A DNA stretch of 64,000 bases, taken from positions 14,480,684 to 14,544,683 of the forward strand of contig OZ316896.1 in NCBI GenBank assembly GCA_973895155.1, in the 5' to 3' direction. Each line of letters opens with the position of its first letter. Within the stretch, counting starts at the first letter, position 1. A model generated the notes under the pieces. The model worked only from the letters and a program-made list of their open reading frames with translations. It had not been told where the DNA came from and searched no databases. The position numbers and the translations under genes were made by a program. The stretch is from Marsupella aquatica. Its lineage: Eukaryota > Plantae > Marchantiophyta. Positions 22,490-35,443 of the stretch are shown one piece after another.

Positions 22490-24205
22490 GAAAAAGATCA
22501 AGATTTATTGAATCCTTCTTGGTTTTCAATGAGCATCACATTGGTAACTTTAGTCAAGTACCAAGGAGATCATGAGTTTATCAATTTTCTAGGTTTCAAC
22601 TAAGTCATTTTGTCAAGTACCAAGTGAGTTTTTGAAATTGTCTACCTTTACATGAGTGGGACCTATTAATAGAGATTTTGTCACGTTCTCCAAAGATCAT
22701 GAGTTCATGAATTCTTCTAGCTTTTCAACTTTGAGTCCAACACTGACAAATTTTATATCAGATTTTGTCAAGTAAGTACTAACAATGTCATGAATCTCTC
22801 TAGTTTTCTAAAGTGTGACATTGATAGTTTTTGTCAAGTACTAAAGAGATCATGAGTTTCTAAATTTCTCTAGCTTTCCAATGAACCTAACATTGATAGA
22901 ATTTGTCAAGTACCAAGGACATTATGAATTTTTTTTCTAGCTTTCCAAAGAACTTAACAATGATAGATTTTGTCGAGTACTAAGGAGATAATAAGTTTCT
23001 AATTTCTCTAGTTTTATAGTGAGTGTAACATTGGGAGATATTATCAAGTAGTGATGAGTTTCTAAATTTCTCTTAGTAGCTTTCCAATGAATCTACCATT
23101 GACAAATTCATCAAGTACTAAGAAGATTGATTATTTACTTTGCTTTACACTCTGAAACCCAAGAGGTCCTAACTATTTATATTTTTGTTGGTTTTTTCAA
23201 AAACTTGCAAAAACTATAATTATTTTAATGTGGAACACTGATATGTCATTCCAAAGACATCAAAATGGTAACTATGTTTTACCCAATTGTTTATTCAAGT
23301 ACTATAATTTAATTTTCTAATTTTTGATTTTTTTACCGTTACTGAATATAATTGTTTTTCCTTGCCTTGAATCAAACACAAATAGTTATGTTTGTTTTTT
23401 GTAGAGAACATCATTGTTTCTGTTTGTGACTAAACTTGATGATGTGGTTATGGACCCCCATGAGGGGTCCCTTGCAAATTCCCTAGCACGAGGATGCGCC
23501 ACACATCAGCGAGGATGGTGACAAACAGGACAGAGAAGGTTTTCTGGAAAACAAAAAGGTCCTTGTCATGTTTGTATTCATATTCGTGTAAATTATGGGG
23601 TGCCAAGTATTAAGCGTAAAAAAACAGAATACAAAGGAAGAGTTATCATTTAGTAAAATAATTAAAGTTACCATTTTGATGTTTGTCAATGACATATCAG
23701 TGTTCAACATCAAAATGCTTATATATTTTTCAATTGTTTGCAAGTTTGAGAAAACCAATCGATATATAGAAATGTACATAGTAGAACCCGTTTGGCTCTG
23801 CATTTTAAAACCAAATAATCAATCTCCTTAGTACTTGATGAAATTTGTCAATGTTAGATTCATTGGAAAGCTCAAGATCATTTTAGAACCTTGTGACCTC
23901 TTTAGTATTGTCTTGATAAAATGTCTCAATGTCACACTCATTGGAAAGCTAGAGCAAAATTAGAACTCATCATCTCTTGAGTACTTGACAAAATCTATCA
24001 ATGTTAGGTTCATTGGAAAGCTAGAGAAATTCGGATACTCATGATCTCTCTAATTCTTGACGAATACTCTCAATGTCACACATTAGAAAACTTGAGAGAT
24101 TGAAAACCTCATGATCTTTTTAGTTTCATGACAAAATCTAATATTAAATTTGCCAATGTCAGTCTCAATGTTGGAAAGCTAAAAGAATTCATGAATTCAT
24201 GATCG
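22490..24205. repeat. Foldback/inverted-repeat element built from about 65-90-bp tandem units
   Basis: Left units TTGTCAAGTACTAAGGAGATCATGAGTTTCTAAATTTCTCTAGCTTTCCAATGAA occur reverse-complemented at 23820-24205. Inner arms (about 23190-23430 vs 23520-23760) are also inverted around the central hairpin GGACCCCCATGAGGGGTCC (about 23452-23470). Confidence 0.85.
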
Positions 24206-24454
24206 GACAGAGTGTAAGTCCGGATCATAAAAAAAATCAGTAAGAAATTTTTGGGAGCAAACTCGGTGGGCCGACCACCTGATTCAGACTACCCGGGTCA
24301 CGGAAGGACCGGGTGAGTGGGTGACCATCAGGAATGCAAGAGTTTATCTTTGAGACTCCCGATTGGGGTCCCTAATAATTCCTCCTTACGTCCCTCCCTC
24401 CCTCCTTCGACCTCCCGGTCCAAATCAAGTGAGAGCGCCTGACGCCGAACTGCG

Positions 24455-24605
24455 CGCATGGAACCCTTCTTCCGCTGGTCTCTCTCCCTCCCCGATGGTA
24501 TCTCCTCCTCCTCCGAACCGGGAATGCTCCCCCGCATGGAACCCTTCTTCCGCTGGTCTCCCCGACGGTATCTCCTCCTCCTTCCGAACCGGGAATGCTC
24601 CCTCC
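24455..24605. repeat. About 78-bp tandem duplication in the promoter/leader of the CrRLK1L gene
   Basis: CGCATGGAACCCTTCTTCCGCTGGTCTC..GGTATCTCCTCCTCC..CCGAACCGGGAATGCTCCC twice. Confidence 0.8.
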
Positions 24606-24739
24606 CGCTCCTCCCTCCCTCCCTCCCTCCCTCCTGTATCGGAATCGAGTGGGGGCGCGTGACGCCGCGTTCATCGTGTACGTATGAAACCGTGATCGTA
24701 GGATACTGTACCTCGTATCTCGCCCGAGTGGACTCGTAT

Positions 24740-25400
24740 CTCGCCCGAGTGGAGTAGAGTGGAGTACTGGAGTGGAGTGGAGTGGAGTGGAGAGGAGAGC
24801 GAGCGTATGACGCCGCATTGCGAGGTTCCGTTCCGTTCCGAGAGAAACAGACAAAGGAGAGTGGCGACGCGAGTACCCGTAAAAGCGAGAGCGCAGTGGA
24901 GAACAGGAAGAGCAGAGCAGAGCAGAGAGGAGCAGAGTAGAGTGTAGAGCAGAGCTCGGCCTGGCCTGGCCTGGCCTCTCCTCCTCCCCCTTCCAACTGG
25001 ACCGCAGCACCAGCTCTCGTACTTCCCATACTCCACTAGTAGTTAGTAGCGCGACTGTAGCTGGTAGATCGATCGATGATGATCGATCGAGCCCTCTGAT
25101 CTTGCTGTAGTGGCGGTGCATTGCTCGCTGCGATTGCCGTGCCGCATCGCGCAGCTGGCTTTCCTGGCGACTTAGCTGTGATTGCGCGTTGTCCTTCTTT
25201 TGTCCACCTCTCTCCATTGACGATCGATCTTCAGCACCGGAGCTCTCGAGCAGCTGCGTTGGCGCTGCCTCCCTCCCTCCTTCCCTTCCCTTCCCTTCCC
25301 TTCTCTTCCCTTCAGGAGAAGCGAAGTCTTCTTCCGTGAGCCGGAGATAGTTGGAGAGGAGAGGAGAGAGGAGAGGAGAGGGCGGAGGGAGGTAGGGAGG
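24740..25400 (+). promoter_or_regulatory. Microsatellite-rich promoter/5-prime leader of the CrRLK1L gene
   Basis: (GAGTG)n, (CAGAG)n, (CTTCC)n and (GGAGA)n tracts in a GC-rich region upstream of ATG 25886. Confidence 0.55.
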
Positions 25401-25885
25401 GAAGGGGAGTCGAGCAGAGAGACGAGGATAGTAGACATGAACGATTGATCGAAGATCTGTAGGAAGGAAGAAAGTGAGGAGAAGTGGAGGAGGGAGCAAA
25501 GTTCTTTCGTACTTTGTGGCATTATCTATGGGCTGGACGGGGAAGCGAACTAAGGAGCAGCAGCAGTGCGGTGTTGTCGATGGGCGGGCCAGGGCCATCA
25601 TCATCACGTAGGAAAGGGTAGGCCTGTCGTAGCAAGCCCAGGACGCGCTCTTTCGTTGGACACGAGGGAGGCTTGGATCGAGAGCTGGGAAAAGAAAGGT
25701 GGCGCGAAGGCGGGGTCCATTGTTGTTAGTCCTCCTACAAGAGTCGCCTTGGCTTTGAGGTGGCGGGGGAGGGAGAGCGGGGAGGAGCAGCTCGCCATCG
25801 AGCTCAGCGTTAGAGGTGTGCTCGAACAGGGGAGAAGGAAAGCGAAGGCCTTACAATAGATAAGATAGAACGAAGGGCGAGGAGG

Positions 25886-28546
25886 ATGGCGGGGAACGAG
25901 CAGCAGGGCAAAAATGGTGGTAGGATTCGTGTTAGTCGTGTGCTGTTGATGTCGTTGGTTGCCGTCTTGGGTTTGTGGGATGTGTCCGTAACGAGGGTGG
26001 AGGCGCAGCCAGCAGCTGTGAACACTTCAACTTACACACCGACGACCAGTGTGTGGATAAACTGCGGAGGGGTATCGAATGCAAGTGTTCCAAGCATAGG
26101 CAATTTCCAAGCGGACAACATTCCCAATGTCGTCTCGGAAGGCTACCTAGCGACGAACACTCTCGTCAGTGCTAGTGATCCCTACACGCAGCTTTTGGAA
26201 GACGCCAGGATCTTTTACAGCGCGTCTTCGTACCAAATCCCCGTGACAACTCCGGGTGGAGTTTGGCTCCGCCTGTGGTTTTATCCGATCACCTTCAAAC
26301 TACAGGGCCAGCTGTATACACCCGCTAATGCTCTGTTCTCGGTATCTGCCAACGGGTTCGCTTTGTTGAATAATGTTTCCGCCTCATATATTCAGCAGGG
26401 GACCAGGAAGTATCTGTACGTGGAGTATCTCATCATTAATGTGCATAGCACGTTGACAATCACGTTCACTCCGGAGCCGAACTCCATTGCCTTCGTCAAT
26501 GGGCTCGCTGTGGAGTCTGTCCCGGACAACCTGATCGGAAGCCAGCCGCGTCTGGTTCCAGCAGGTCAAAATATCAAGTTGAATCTGGCTCCCAATGCAC
26601 TGCAAACCATGTACAGACTCAATATGGGAGGTCCGTTTGTGGCTCCCGCTAATGACTCTGGCCTCACACGCACATGGGAGAGTGATACTCCTTACTTGTA
26701 TGGAGCGATCGTAGGGCAAGTTTTAGCTCCCCTCCCTTCCGACCAAGTCATCTATCCGACTTCTATTCCGACGTGGGTTGCTCCTGGGAGTGTCTATGGA
26801 ACAGCTCGGGTCCTCGGCGGTCAGGGAGCTGCTAACGCACTAGTAAATCTCACCTGGATCTTCCCCGTTGACCCTGGGTATGCATACTTTGTCCGCCTTC
26901 ACTTCGACGAAATTCAGTACTCTGTAATCAATTATCGTGTGTTCAATATCTACCTCAACAATGAGACTGCTATCGTGAACTTCGATGTGATAGCATCGGC
27001 AGGTCAACCGAACGACGCTTGGTACTTAGATTTCTACGTGGCCATGTTTAACGTCACCACCAACGAACTGTGGGTGGAGATGAGTCCTTCGACTGGAAAT
27101 TCCTATTACGAAGATGTGATCTTGAATGGTCTGGAGATTTTTAAGATCAACAACACAAACGCCAGCTTGCAAGGCGCGGGCGTCCTCGTAGTCCCAGGAG
27201 GTGGATCTTCCGGTGGTGGGAAGAGTGGTAAGAACACGGGAACTATCATTGGTGCTGCTGTGGGTGGGATTGTCGCTCTAGGTATTCTGATTGCAGGTAT
27301 CTGCTTTTACTGCTCTTACAAGTATGCCAAGGGGGGCAATATCAAGAATCCCTCCTCCGCTTGGTTGCCTCTTCCCCTGCATGGAGGAAACTCGGAGAGT
27401 CGCACAGCTAGTAAGATTTCTACCACAGCCTCTCACAAGAGTGGCACTGGGAGCTACGTGTCATCCGCTGCCTCAAATTTGGGTCGGTACTTCACCTTCT
27501 CGGAGCTGCAGGAGGCAACCAACAACTTCGACGAAGATCTGCTGCTTGGAGTTGGTGGGTTTGGAAAGGTTTACAAGGCTGAGATAGACGACGGTACCCT
27601 TGTGGCTGTGAAGCGAGGAAATCCTCGGTCGGAGCAGGGATTGACCGAGTTTCAGACGGAGATCGAGCTGCTGTCTAAGCTGCGTCATCGGCATTTGGTG
27701 TCCCTTATCGGGTACTGTGAGGAGCACTGCGAGATGATTCTTGTGTATGATTATATGGCCAACGGACCCCTTCGTGGGCATCTCTACGGCACAGACTTGC
27801 CGCCTCTGTCCTGGAAGCAACGCCTAGAGATATGCGTGGGTGCTGCTCGAGGCTTGCATTACCTCCACACAGGTGCTGCCCAGGGAATTATTCATAGAGA
27901 TGTGAAGACCACTAATATTCTCCTGGACGACAATTTTGTCGCCAAGGTGGCAGATTTCGGTCTGTCCAAGACCGGTCCCAGCCTCGATCGGACTCATGTA
28001 AGCACGGCTGTGAAGGGAAGTTTCGGGTACTTGGATCCGGAGTATTTCCGTCGTCAGCAGCTTACAGAGAAATCGGACGTGTACTCATTTGGCGTGGTGC
28101 TTATGGAGGTGGTGTGTGCTCGACCGGCCATCAACCCTGCCCTCCCACGAGAGCAAGTGAACATAGCTGAGTGGGCAATGCAGTGGCAAAAGATGGGAAT
28201 GTTAGAGCAAATCATAGATCCAAAGCTGGTCGGATACATCAATCCAGAGTCGTTGAAGAAGTTTGGGGAAACAGCTGAGAAGTGCTTGGCTGAGCAGGGC
28301 ATTGACAGGCCGGCGATGGGAGATGTCTTATGGAACTTGGAGTATGCTTTGCAACTACAGGAAAATTCGATGGAGAACAGGCTCATGGAGGGGAGTACGA
28401 ACCGAATTCTAGAGCTACCGCTTAGAACCCCTGAGCCAGAGGAACCTGATCTGACGACCACAAATCACAGCTTGGGCAGTGAAGAGTCCGAGGATGCCTC
28501 AGCCAGCGCTGTATTTTCGCAGCTGGTGAATCCTCAAGGCAGGTGA
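25886..28546 (+). CDS. CrRLK1L malectin-like receptor kinase (THESEUS1/FERONIA family), 886 aa, intronless
   Basis: Signal peptide; WINCGG and MYRLNMGG malectin-like repeats; ILNGLEIFK; TM helix IIGAAVGGIVALGILIAGICFYC; intact kinase (GVGGFGKVY, AVKR, HRDVKTTN, DFG, HVSTAVKGSFGYLDPEYF); family-typical tail AVFSQLVNPQGR. Confidence 0.97.
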   Translation: MAGNEQQGKNGGRIRVSRVLLMSLVAVLGLWDVSVTRVEAQPAAVNTSTYTPTTSVWINCGGVSNASVPSIGNFQADNIPNVVSEGYLATNTLVSASDPYTQLLEDARIFYSASSYQIPVTTPGGVWLRLWFYPITFKLQGQLYTPANALFSVSANGFALLNNVSASYIQQGTRKYLYVEYLIINVHSTLTITFTPEPNSIAFVNGLAVESVPDNLIGSQPRLVPAGQNIKLNLAPNALQTMYRLNMGGPFVAPANDSGLTRTWESDTPYLYGAIVGQVLAPLPSDQVIYPTSIPTWVAPGSVYGTARVLGGQGAANALVNLTWIFPVDPGYAYFVRLHFDEIQYSVINYRVFNIYLNNETAIVNFDVIASAGQPNDAWYLDFYVAMFNVTTNELWVEMSPSTGNSYYEDVILNGLEIFKINNTNASLQGAGVLVVPGGGSSGGGKSGKNTGTIIGAAVGGIVALGILIAGICFYCSYKYAKGGNIKNPSSAWLPLPLHGGNSESRTASKISTTASHKSGTGSYVSSAASNLGRYFTFSELQEATNNFDEDLLLGVGGFGKVYKAEIDDGTLVAVKRGNPRSEQGLTEFQTEIELLSKLRHRHLVSLIGYCEEHCEMILVYDYMANGPLRGHLYGTDLPPLSWKQRLEICVGAARGLHYLHTGAAQGIIHRDVKTTNILLDDNFVAKVADFGLSKTGPSLDRTHVSTAVKGSFGYLDPEYFRRQQLTEKSDVYSFGVVLMEVVCARPAINPALPREQVNIAEWAMQWQKMGMLEQIIDPKLVGYINPESLKKFGETAEKCLAEQGIDRPAMGDVLWNLEYALQLQENSMENRLMEGSTNRILELPLRTPEPEEPDLTTTNHSLGSEESEDASASAVFSQLVNPQGR

Positions 28547-30879
28547 TTGGACAGGGTCATGTGCCTTCTGTTGGACGTGCTGGGAGGGAGGGGGATGCGG
28601 GATCAAATTGAATCTACCTTCTTTCGTGGTTTAGATAGCTTGAATGCTGTATGACGAAAGAGAACTGAGCAGCTGCTTTAGTTATAAAGACAGTTCTTGT
28701 ACTTTCATCAGCTGCTACAGTCTGGTGATGATTATGGTGGCATGTTTCCACGGGTTGCAAAAGGCTGGGGGGGGTTTCCTTTCATTCCACTGCTTGAGCT
28801 CCTGCTTGAACATTGCTGTCTATTACATGCAGATCGATTATCATCTGTTTTTATTGGTTGCGTCTGTCATTAGTTATGCTAAATCTTGTTAGAATACTCT
28901 GCTTGGGAGAGATGGGTTTGAGAGTTTAGAGGTCTCCTGACAGAAGGTAATAGAGGCTCTGGATTCGACAGAAAAGATCGAAGGCGGAGCGAATGATGAA
29001 CGAGGAAGGAGAAGGCCTAAGGTGAATTTCAGTGAATGAGTGATCGAACCGGACGATCTAGATGGAGCAGCAGCTTCGATCACGGTGTCGATGATCGGGA
29101 CGGAGCAGAGCAGAGCAGCGCAGCGCAGTGCAGAGTTGAGCTGCGCTGAACAGAGCAGAGCTGACCGAGGGAACTGTGGCCAGAATATGGTCACGCTGCC
29201 AATAAATGGCAGAAAATACAGGCATTCTTTCAATCTGTATCGATTAATTTGTTATCTGTCTGGAGTTAGTAAGGTAGGCGGTGTAGCAATATCCAATTAG
29301 GCACATTTCTAAGTTTTCGATTCGTTGCCATTAACAACAGACACTCGAAAAGACACGTGGAAGCTAGAAGGACACAGCTTAGCTTTATTTGAACAGAGCT
29401 GGCGGGATGGATAGTGTCGCTTGATCGACCTTTAGTAGTCTGGTAGGTGATAATGGCTGATGGGTATTTGCCAGCTGAACCAACCACCCGACTGTAAATT
29501 TACTTGGATCCTTTTCCATGTATTTGGATCAAATTGTTTGTAGATGCGTGCACTTTCTTCCCTCCGCGCATTCCGGAAAGACAAACCTTTTTGAAGGATG
29601 GACTGGGGTAGGCTCTGCCTGACCTCCTACTGTGTATATATGTGCTTGCTGGATGACAGTCCCTTCTCTGTTAAACTTTGTCTTCACACTTTATTTTCTG
29701 TCGTGTTTCTACAAGTGAAAACTCCAAATCTGTCTTTCTCTCCATAGAATGAGCCTACATTGACTCCTGGCCAGTTCATCACCTGACTTTAGCTGGCTGT
29801 CTGGCTCCTTGGCTGGACATTTCAGGACAAGAAATCCGTCTCGTCCGGGCTCTGTTCTCAGCTCAGATTCCGCTCCTCCACAGCCTTGACCGTTACGAAG
29901 AACCCTTTTGTCAAGTATGACTGTCGAGCATGTCTTTAAGTTGCGACGAACCTCCCCTGTTGTCCCTTGATTGATTTTCCTTTTTTTTTAAGTTATGCAT
30001 GCAAGATGGTTCGTTCCCTGGGCAGTCACTGCACAATATTGGAATGTTGATCCCAAAGTCCTTGCTTTGCGCTAACGTGTTGAGGTCATGGTGTTGGCGT
30101 AGGGTGTGCAAGCATGTCAATGTTCCGTCATCCATGTAGTGAGTGACTGGAGTTCGTGTTCGTATTCAAGTCATCCCGAATCGTTTCAAAGCTCGATCGT
30201 TACCCAGGAGGTTGGGCGAGGATGATTTCCTTATGCGTGGCATGAGTGACTGACTGCTCTCCTGGCGCGCAGCGTGAATCCTGCCCTGTTGACGTCATGG
30301 TGTGCCGCTGACAAGAGTGTGGGGAGCCGGTGGGGTGAATACTAATATTGTCCCTCCCGATTCTTTTTGACAGTGCTTTTACCGATGGTCGTATTTGTGT
30401 CTACGATTCTATGATCAGTCTCAAACCTTTCCAAGTTTTTGCAGGCACAATCCTACTTGAATGGGTCCGAAGCAGAATCATTCATGGGTCCCATCCCATA
30501 GCCCTTACGGTAATTTTCTGGGATTGCGGCCATGGCGGTGTTTGGGAATTCTGCTATTCATTTTCATTTGGCTTTTTCTATCTCACGGTCATCCTTCACT
30601 TCTTCATCGATCGAGCATTCTTAATTACTTTTCTAGCTCTTAACTTTAGCTGGCACCTGCTTTTTCTTTCGTACCTCGCCTGGTCTGGCATTCTTGGCTT
30701 GTCCTGCTATCTACTCCGCGAAACTTGCCTTGCAAAATGGACGGCTCAGCTGGAAAGGAGAGGCGAACTCGGCTCGTGCAAAACACATGCGTACGTTTGT
30801 ACAGTAAGTTCATTCCCCGAAACAAAACACGTGCATACTCTTGAAGAGTGCGCCCCCAGTCCCCCACCTTCTCACCTCT

Positions 30880-31525
30880 GGACCGGCAGATTTGCCTCGT
30901 CTGCCCACATGGATGGAGAAAAGCCACAATCGGATTTGGCTCTTCTCCTGTGTGGAGGCAGACACGGATTTGCCTGTGCCTCTGTGGATGGGGAAATTGC
31001 AGACACGCATTTGCCTAGTCTGCCCGTGTGGATGGACAGAAGGTAGATACAGCTTTGCCTCTGCCCATATGGATGGAGAAAATGGACACACGGATTCGCC
31101 TTCCGTCTCTGCCCATACTAATGGAGAAAATGCAGACACGGATTTGCCTGTGTCCATGTGGATGGAGACATTGCAGACACGGATTTGCCTCTCTGCCCAG
31201 ATGGTTGGAGAAAATGCATGTGCCTCTGCTGCCCGGGTGGATGGAGAAAATGCAGACCCACATTTGCTTCTACCCATGCGGATGGAGAAATTGCAGACGC
31301 GGATTTGCCTCTGCCCATATGGATGGAGACAATGCAGCCTCCTCGCCGGGCAACGCTGAACGGATTTGCCTCTACCGATGTGGTAGGAGAAAACACAGAC
31401 ACGACATTCCTTTGTCCATATGGATGGAAAAATACCCACACGAACTTGCCTGTGTCCATGCGGATGGAGAAAATGCAGACACGGATTCGCCCTCTGCCCA
31501 TGTGGATGGAGAAAATACAGACTCC
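30880..31525. repeat. 41-bp minisatellite, about 15 diverged copies
   Basis: Consensus CACGGATTTGCCTCTGCCCATATGGATGGAGAAAATGCAGA in head-to-tail array. Confidence 0.92.
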
Positions 31526-33759
31526 GCCCACGGGCTATGCTCTGAAAAAAAATCACAGGTTCTGCCCTACCTGCCGTGTCATGCCCCTGCCCAGAAATTT
31601 AAGCTCCTCCGTCCAACACCACCTTTGCCACGCTGCCCGTTTCGCTGGAGAAAACTTATCAGACTCCGCTCGTGAAGGAAACTCTTCGAAACAAAAATCC
31701 CTCCACTCATCGCTTACCTGCCCTCTCAAAAGGTCTTTTTTCCCTGGCACAAAAACCCTCGCAAAGTTTTTTTTTCCTTTCTTTTTTTCCCTTGAAATGA
31801 ATTCTCTTGGTCTGGCCAGGTTTACTCCCGTTTTATCGCAAAAGTTTTTAAAGCTCCCTCCGAATCCGTTGCCTCTGGAAGTTCCTGCACTTCCGTTACG
31901 AACTCGACATAATTACAGGACGGAAAGCCGGAAACACCTGGGTTTGGACGTCTTGACTTTCCAAATTTGCCATTGGAAATTGGATATAATCACCGTATAG
32001 TACGCAAGGAAACATCTGGACTTGACTTTTCATCTGGTCGTGATTGTCGTGCTTGCGCATTCACGCTAAAGGGCGGCTTGATCACAGCCATGAGGTCAGG
32101 CCCCTTCACTTAGGCATGGAGTGCGGCAAATAATGTTCTGCACTAATATGTTTTTGACGTCAAGATGCCCAGTGTAATGTATACAAAGTCAAAGAGTGGC
32201 GAAAACGAAGAGAATAGACGAATGGAACTAAAATTAGGCAACAGGATAACTACCCAGAGACGGACTTGAAGGACTCCTAACTAAAACGTATTTACTTGAT
32301 GGATCCTATGAGGTTTTGAGAACGATGTCTATCAACTGCTTGGATCTTTCATCTGGTCTATCAAGTAGCACTCTTCATTTGGGGGTCCATCAAGTGTACC
32401 TCCAGCACCACCACATTGTGACCCTACTCCCCAGACCCAGTCAATAGTACAATCTTGCTATAAAAGCCCCAATTGAAGTCTACTTTCAAGTGCCTAGGTC
32501 TAGACAGGAACAATAAAGACAAAATTAACAGTAACAATAAAGACAAAATTGATAATGACCATAAGTGAAGCTTCTAGACCATAACTTTCAACACATACAA
32601 AATTGATAAGACTGGAACTCCCATTGCAGACAAAATTAATAATGAGACTCAATAAAGTCAAATTTTAAATGAGGATGGACGAAAGTGACATCAAGGCTAA
32701 AGACAAAACTGAAATTAAGATGGACAAAACACAAGGATGGGACAAAAACTAACTAAAATAGCATACAACTTTGATCGGGCAAGATTTTTCTTCATATCTA
32801 TTTACATTCAAGGAAAGGTCATGGGGCTAGTGCAATTAGGTATTCGCTCTAATGGTGGTCAACTAGATTGTAGGCTCCCCATAGGATTGGAGTTAGCTAT
32901 ATAAAAGAATTCATGTATATTGAACACTGTGTTTTGCCCAATGGCAAAAAGGTGGGTGCCCCTGGTTTTATATGAAAATCTGTGGCCCTAGCTTGCATTC
33001 ATTGAGTTTAGAAAAGACTTACTCCCCTCTTTTTGTTAGCAACACTCAACTCTAGCTCACACCAACTACCATAGTGGATACCACTATGGTAAGAATTAGT
33101 GTTAATAATACTAATTTTGAAGTCTAAAGTAATACTAATTTCTGGTTTGCCAAATCTGCTTTGTTTGTCGTTGTGCTTTAAGTTGCAGCTCAAAATTGCT
33201 TCTTTGTGCCCCATTGAACTGCTCAGTGATGCGGCAGAACTTGCCCACTTCCTCCTGGCAATAGATTAGGGATGTGAAGCAGCACTTGGACCAAAAGAAT
33301 AAGTAGTGAACACATGGAGCGCCGTATGAAAAGTACCCTGTGAAATGTGCAGAGGCAGTGATCTCTTTGGCAGGGTGACAGGAGAGAACTTTGAGTGAGG
33401 GTTCTCTATGATGTGCATTAGGGACCATGAAGGACCTACGTTAACCCACTGCCCTAAAGTTCAGTAAAACTTAAGTAAAAAGTGCTAATCAACACTATTT
33501 GAAGCACAGACAATTAGTGTTACAATCAGATTAGAGTTTGTAACACTAATTCATGAGTGTGATGGTATCCTGTTCCAACACTAAAAATCTCCTTGCTCTC
33601 CCCCCCCCCCCCCCCCCACACACACAGTGGGTGGCAACAGGAGCATAATTCTGCTCACGCTAAGGCACGACAGTGGCCAGCATCTATTGGTGAGAGTAAC
33701 CTAGGGCACCTTCTTTCCATTGGGCAAAAGGACCATTATTTGAAATGCATGGATTTAAG

Positions 33760-34100
33760 CAACACAAATTCATGAGTGTAGGCAAAACATGTGAAATTAT
33801 ATTCTATGAAGTTTTTAGAATTAGGTGACACCAACATGAGTGAAACCAAACATGTAAAATTGAAATGCTCATAGTTTTTAAATTTGGGTGAGACTAATTC
33901 ATGAGTGAAGCCAAAACATGTAAAATTGAACTGCATTTAGATTTATGGGTGCTGCCAAAACATTTGAAATTGAAATGTATGAAGTTTTTTAGGTGACAAG
34001 TTATGAGTGAAGCCAAAACATGTGAAATTGAAATATCTGAAAGTTTAAAAGCGAGGTGACACTAATTCATGAGTGAAAGCAAAAACATGTGAAACTAAAA
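33760..34100. repeat. About 65-bp satellite, left part
   Basis: CATGAGTGAAGCCAAAACATGTGAAATTGAAATG..GAAGTTTTT..AGGTGACACTAATT about 5 times; resumes at 35444-35570. Confidence 0.85.
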
Positions 34101-35443
34101 CGGTGCCAAGATTTTCTGGTACCTCTTCCAACCATCAAATTTGTGATGGGACCCTTCATAAGGTTGAATCTTCTCAAGTTCTAAGTGGGCAATTACACTG
34201 TATGATCACAGGCTCAGCAACGAAATGGATTACACACAAGCAGGGTATTGGGTTGTTTGGTCCTATTGTGTCGGATGTTGGTGTTTCATCTCACTTTCAT
34301 TTGGTGGACGGGAAGGACTTCTTTCATGCAATGACACTTAGCTTGCAGAAGCTATTACAGCATAAACTTCAGAGTCCAACGGTTGGGCTCAATAAATGGA
34401 GGATGGAGATCCGAGCTATACGGTGGACCGTGTTTTTGGCCGGAATAGTATCTGGAAATCTTATAGGGAAGAAAAGGTTAATCACTTCCTGTGGCAGTTG
34501 ACCTATAGTATCAACGCTACTAAGCATTACATTGGCCGTCGTACTACTCACAGGAGAGCGGATGGTTTCATCATTCCTTTCTCTCGGAATGATATTGCTT
34601 GGTGGCATAGTCGTTGTGACAATAATGTGCATGAGGACATCTTCTACTGACGATGGGTCTGCCCTGAATCACAGAGGATTAGATGTGGATTGCTAATTTG
34701 ATTCAGCGGGCATTAGTGTCACAGGCCTTGCCCTTTCATTCTGAATTTTCCCATGCAATTCTTGGTGTCTTACTGCTGCACCATTTAGGAGGGGTTCCAC
34801 TGCTGAATCCCTCCTAAATTGTGGCAGCTGGTTAGGGGCATTACCAAATGGCACATTTGGAAAGCTTGATGTACTCTAAATCGGGAAGCAGATAGAATTT
34901 CAGAAGATAGGATTTGTATCAAAATTTGGCTAGAGATTTGTCTGTATATGAAGATTGCTTGGTCTCGTGGGTGTAAATTGGCTTTTGGTGTTAGGTGCTG
35001 GTTTTCACCAACAGGTGGGCTTTTGATCCCCCCTGAATTTAGTGGTTGTTAGTTTCAGTTGGTTTAGACATTTGTTTGGTCATCCAAGGTGATTTGGATT
35101 GTTTTCCATTCACGTTGTGGTCGGTACAAATGGTTTATCCTTTGGCTGGATTTTTGCCTTGGAACAGATGTTCAGTGCCCAGTGATATGCTGGTCCTTTT
35201 CCTGTTCTTTTGGTAGAATGAGCCTCTTATTTGCAGTAGTTGTTCAGTACTTTCTCTTTGGTGTATGGCCTCAGTTACTTGTCCACTCGGTAGTTAATGT
35301 CTTTTCCTTTTCCCTCGGGATTGAACGAGTTTGATCCCTGAGTGGTTCTTGGCCTTTTGATCGTGTTTGATCTGGCCCGTTACTCCCAGTATTTTATTGC
35401 ATTTTACTATATGTATCAGTAAAGAGCTCTTTTCAAGAAAGAA
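34101..35443 (+). mobile_element. 5-prime-truncated LINE (L1/Tx1-like) 3-prime end inserted into the satellite
   Basis: Decayed zf-RVT-like frame IWKSYREEKVNHFLWQL..SRCDNNVHEDIFY*RWVCPES. A-rich end TCAAGAAAGAA. Flanking direct repeat ATGTGAAACT(A/G)AAA at about 34087-34100 and 35444-35457. Confidence 0.7.

Noticed and set aside
23452-23490. Helitron 3-prime end (hairpin, 12 nt, then CTAG)
   Set aside because: CTAG is followed by C not T, the copy at 37025 lacks CTAG, and homology continues past the site.
24328-25607. 411-aa and 233-aa minus-strand ORFs upstream of CrRLK1L
   Set aside because: They are translations of microsatellites and a tandem duplication in a GC-rich leader; low complexity, no domain.
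28054-28461. Antisense ORFs inside the kinase (also 27473-27820) and inside DSK2 (52183-52758)
   Set aside because: Shadow frames of real coding exons.
30880-31525. CRISPR-like periodic array
   Set aside because: Units are contiguous and degenerate with no unique spacers, there are no cas genes, and the context is eukaryotic; it is a minisatellite.
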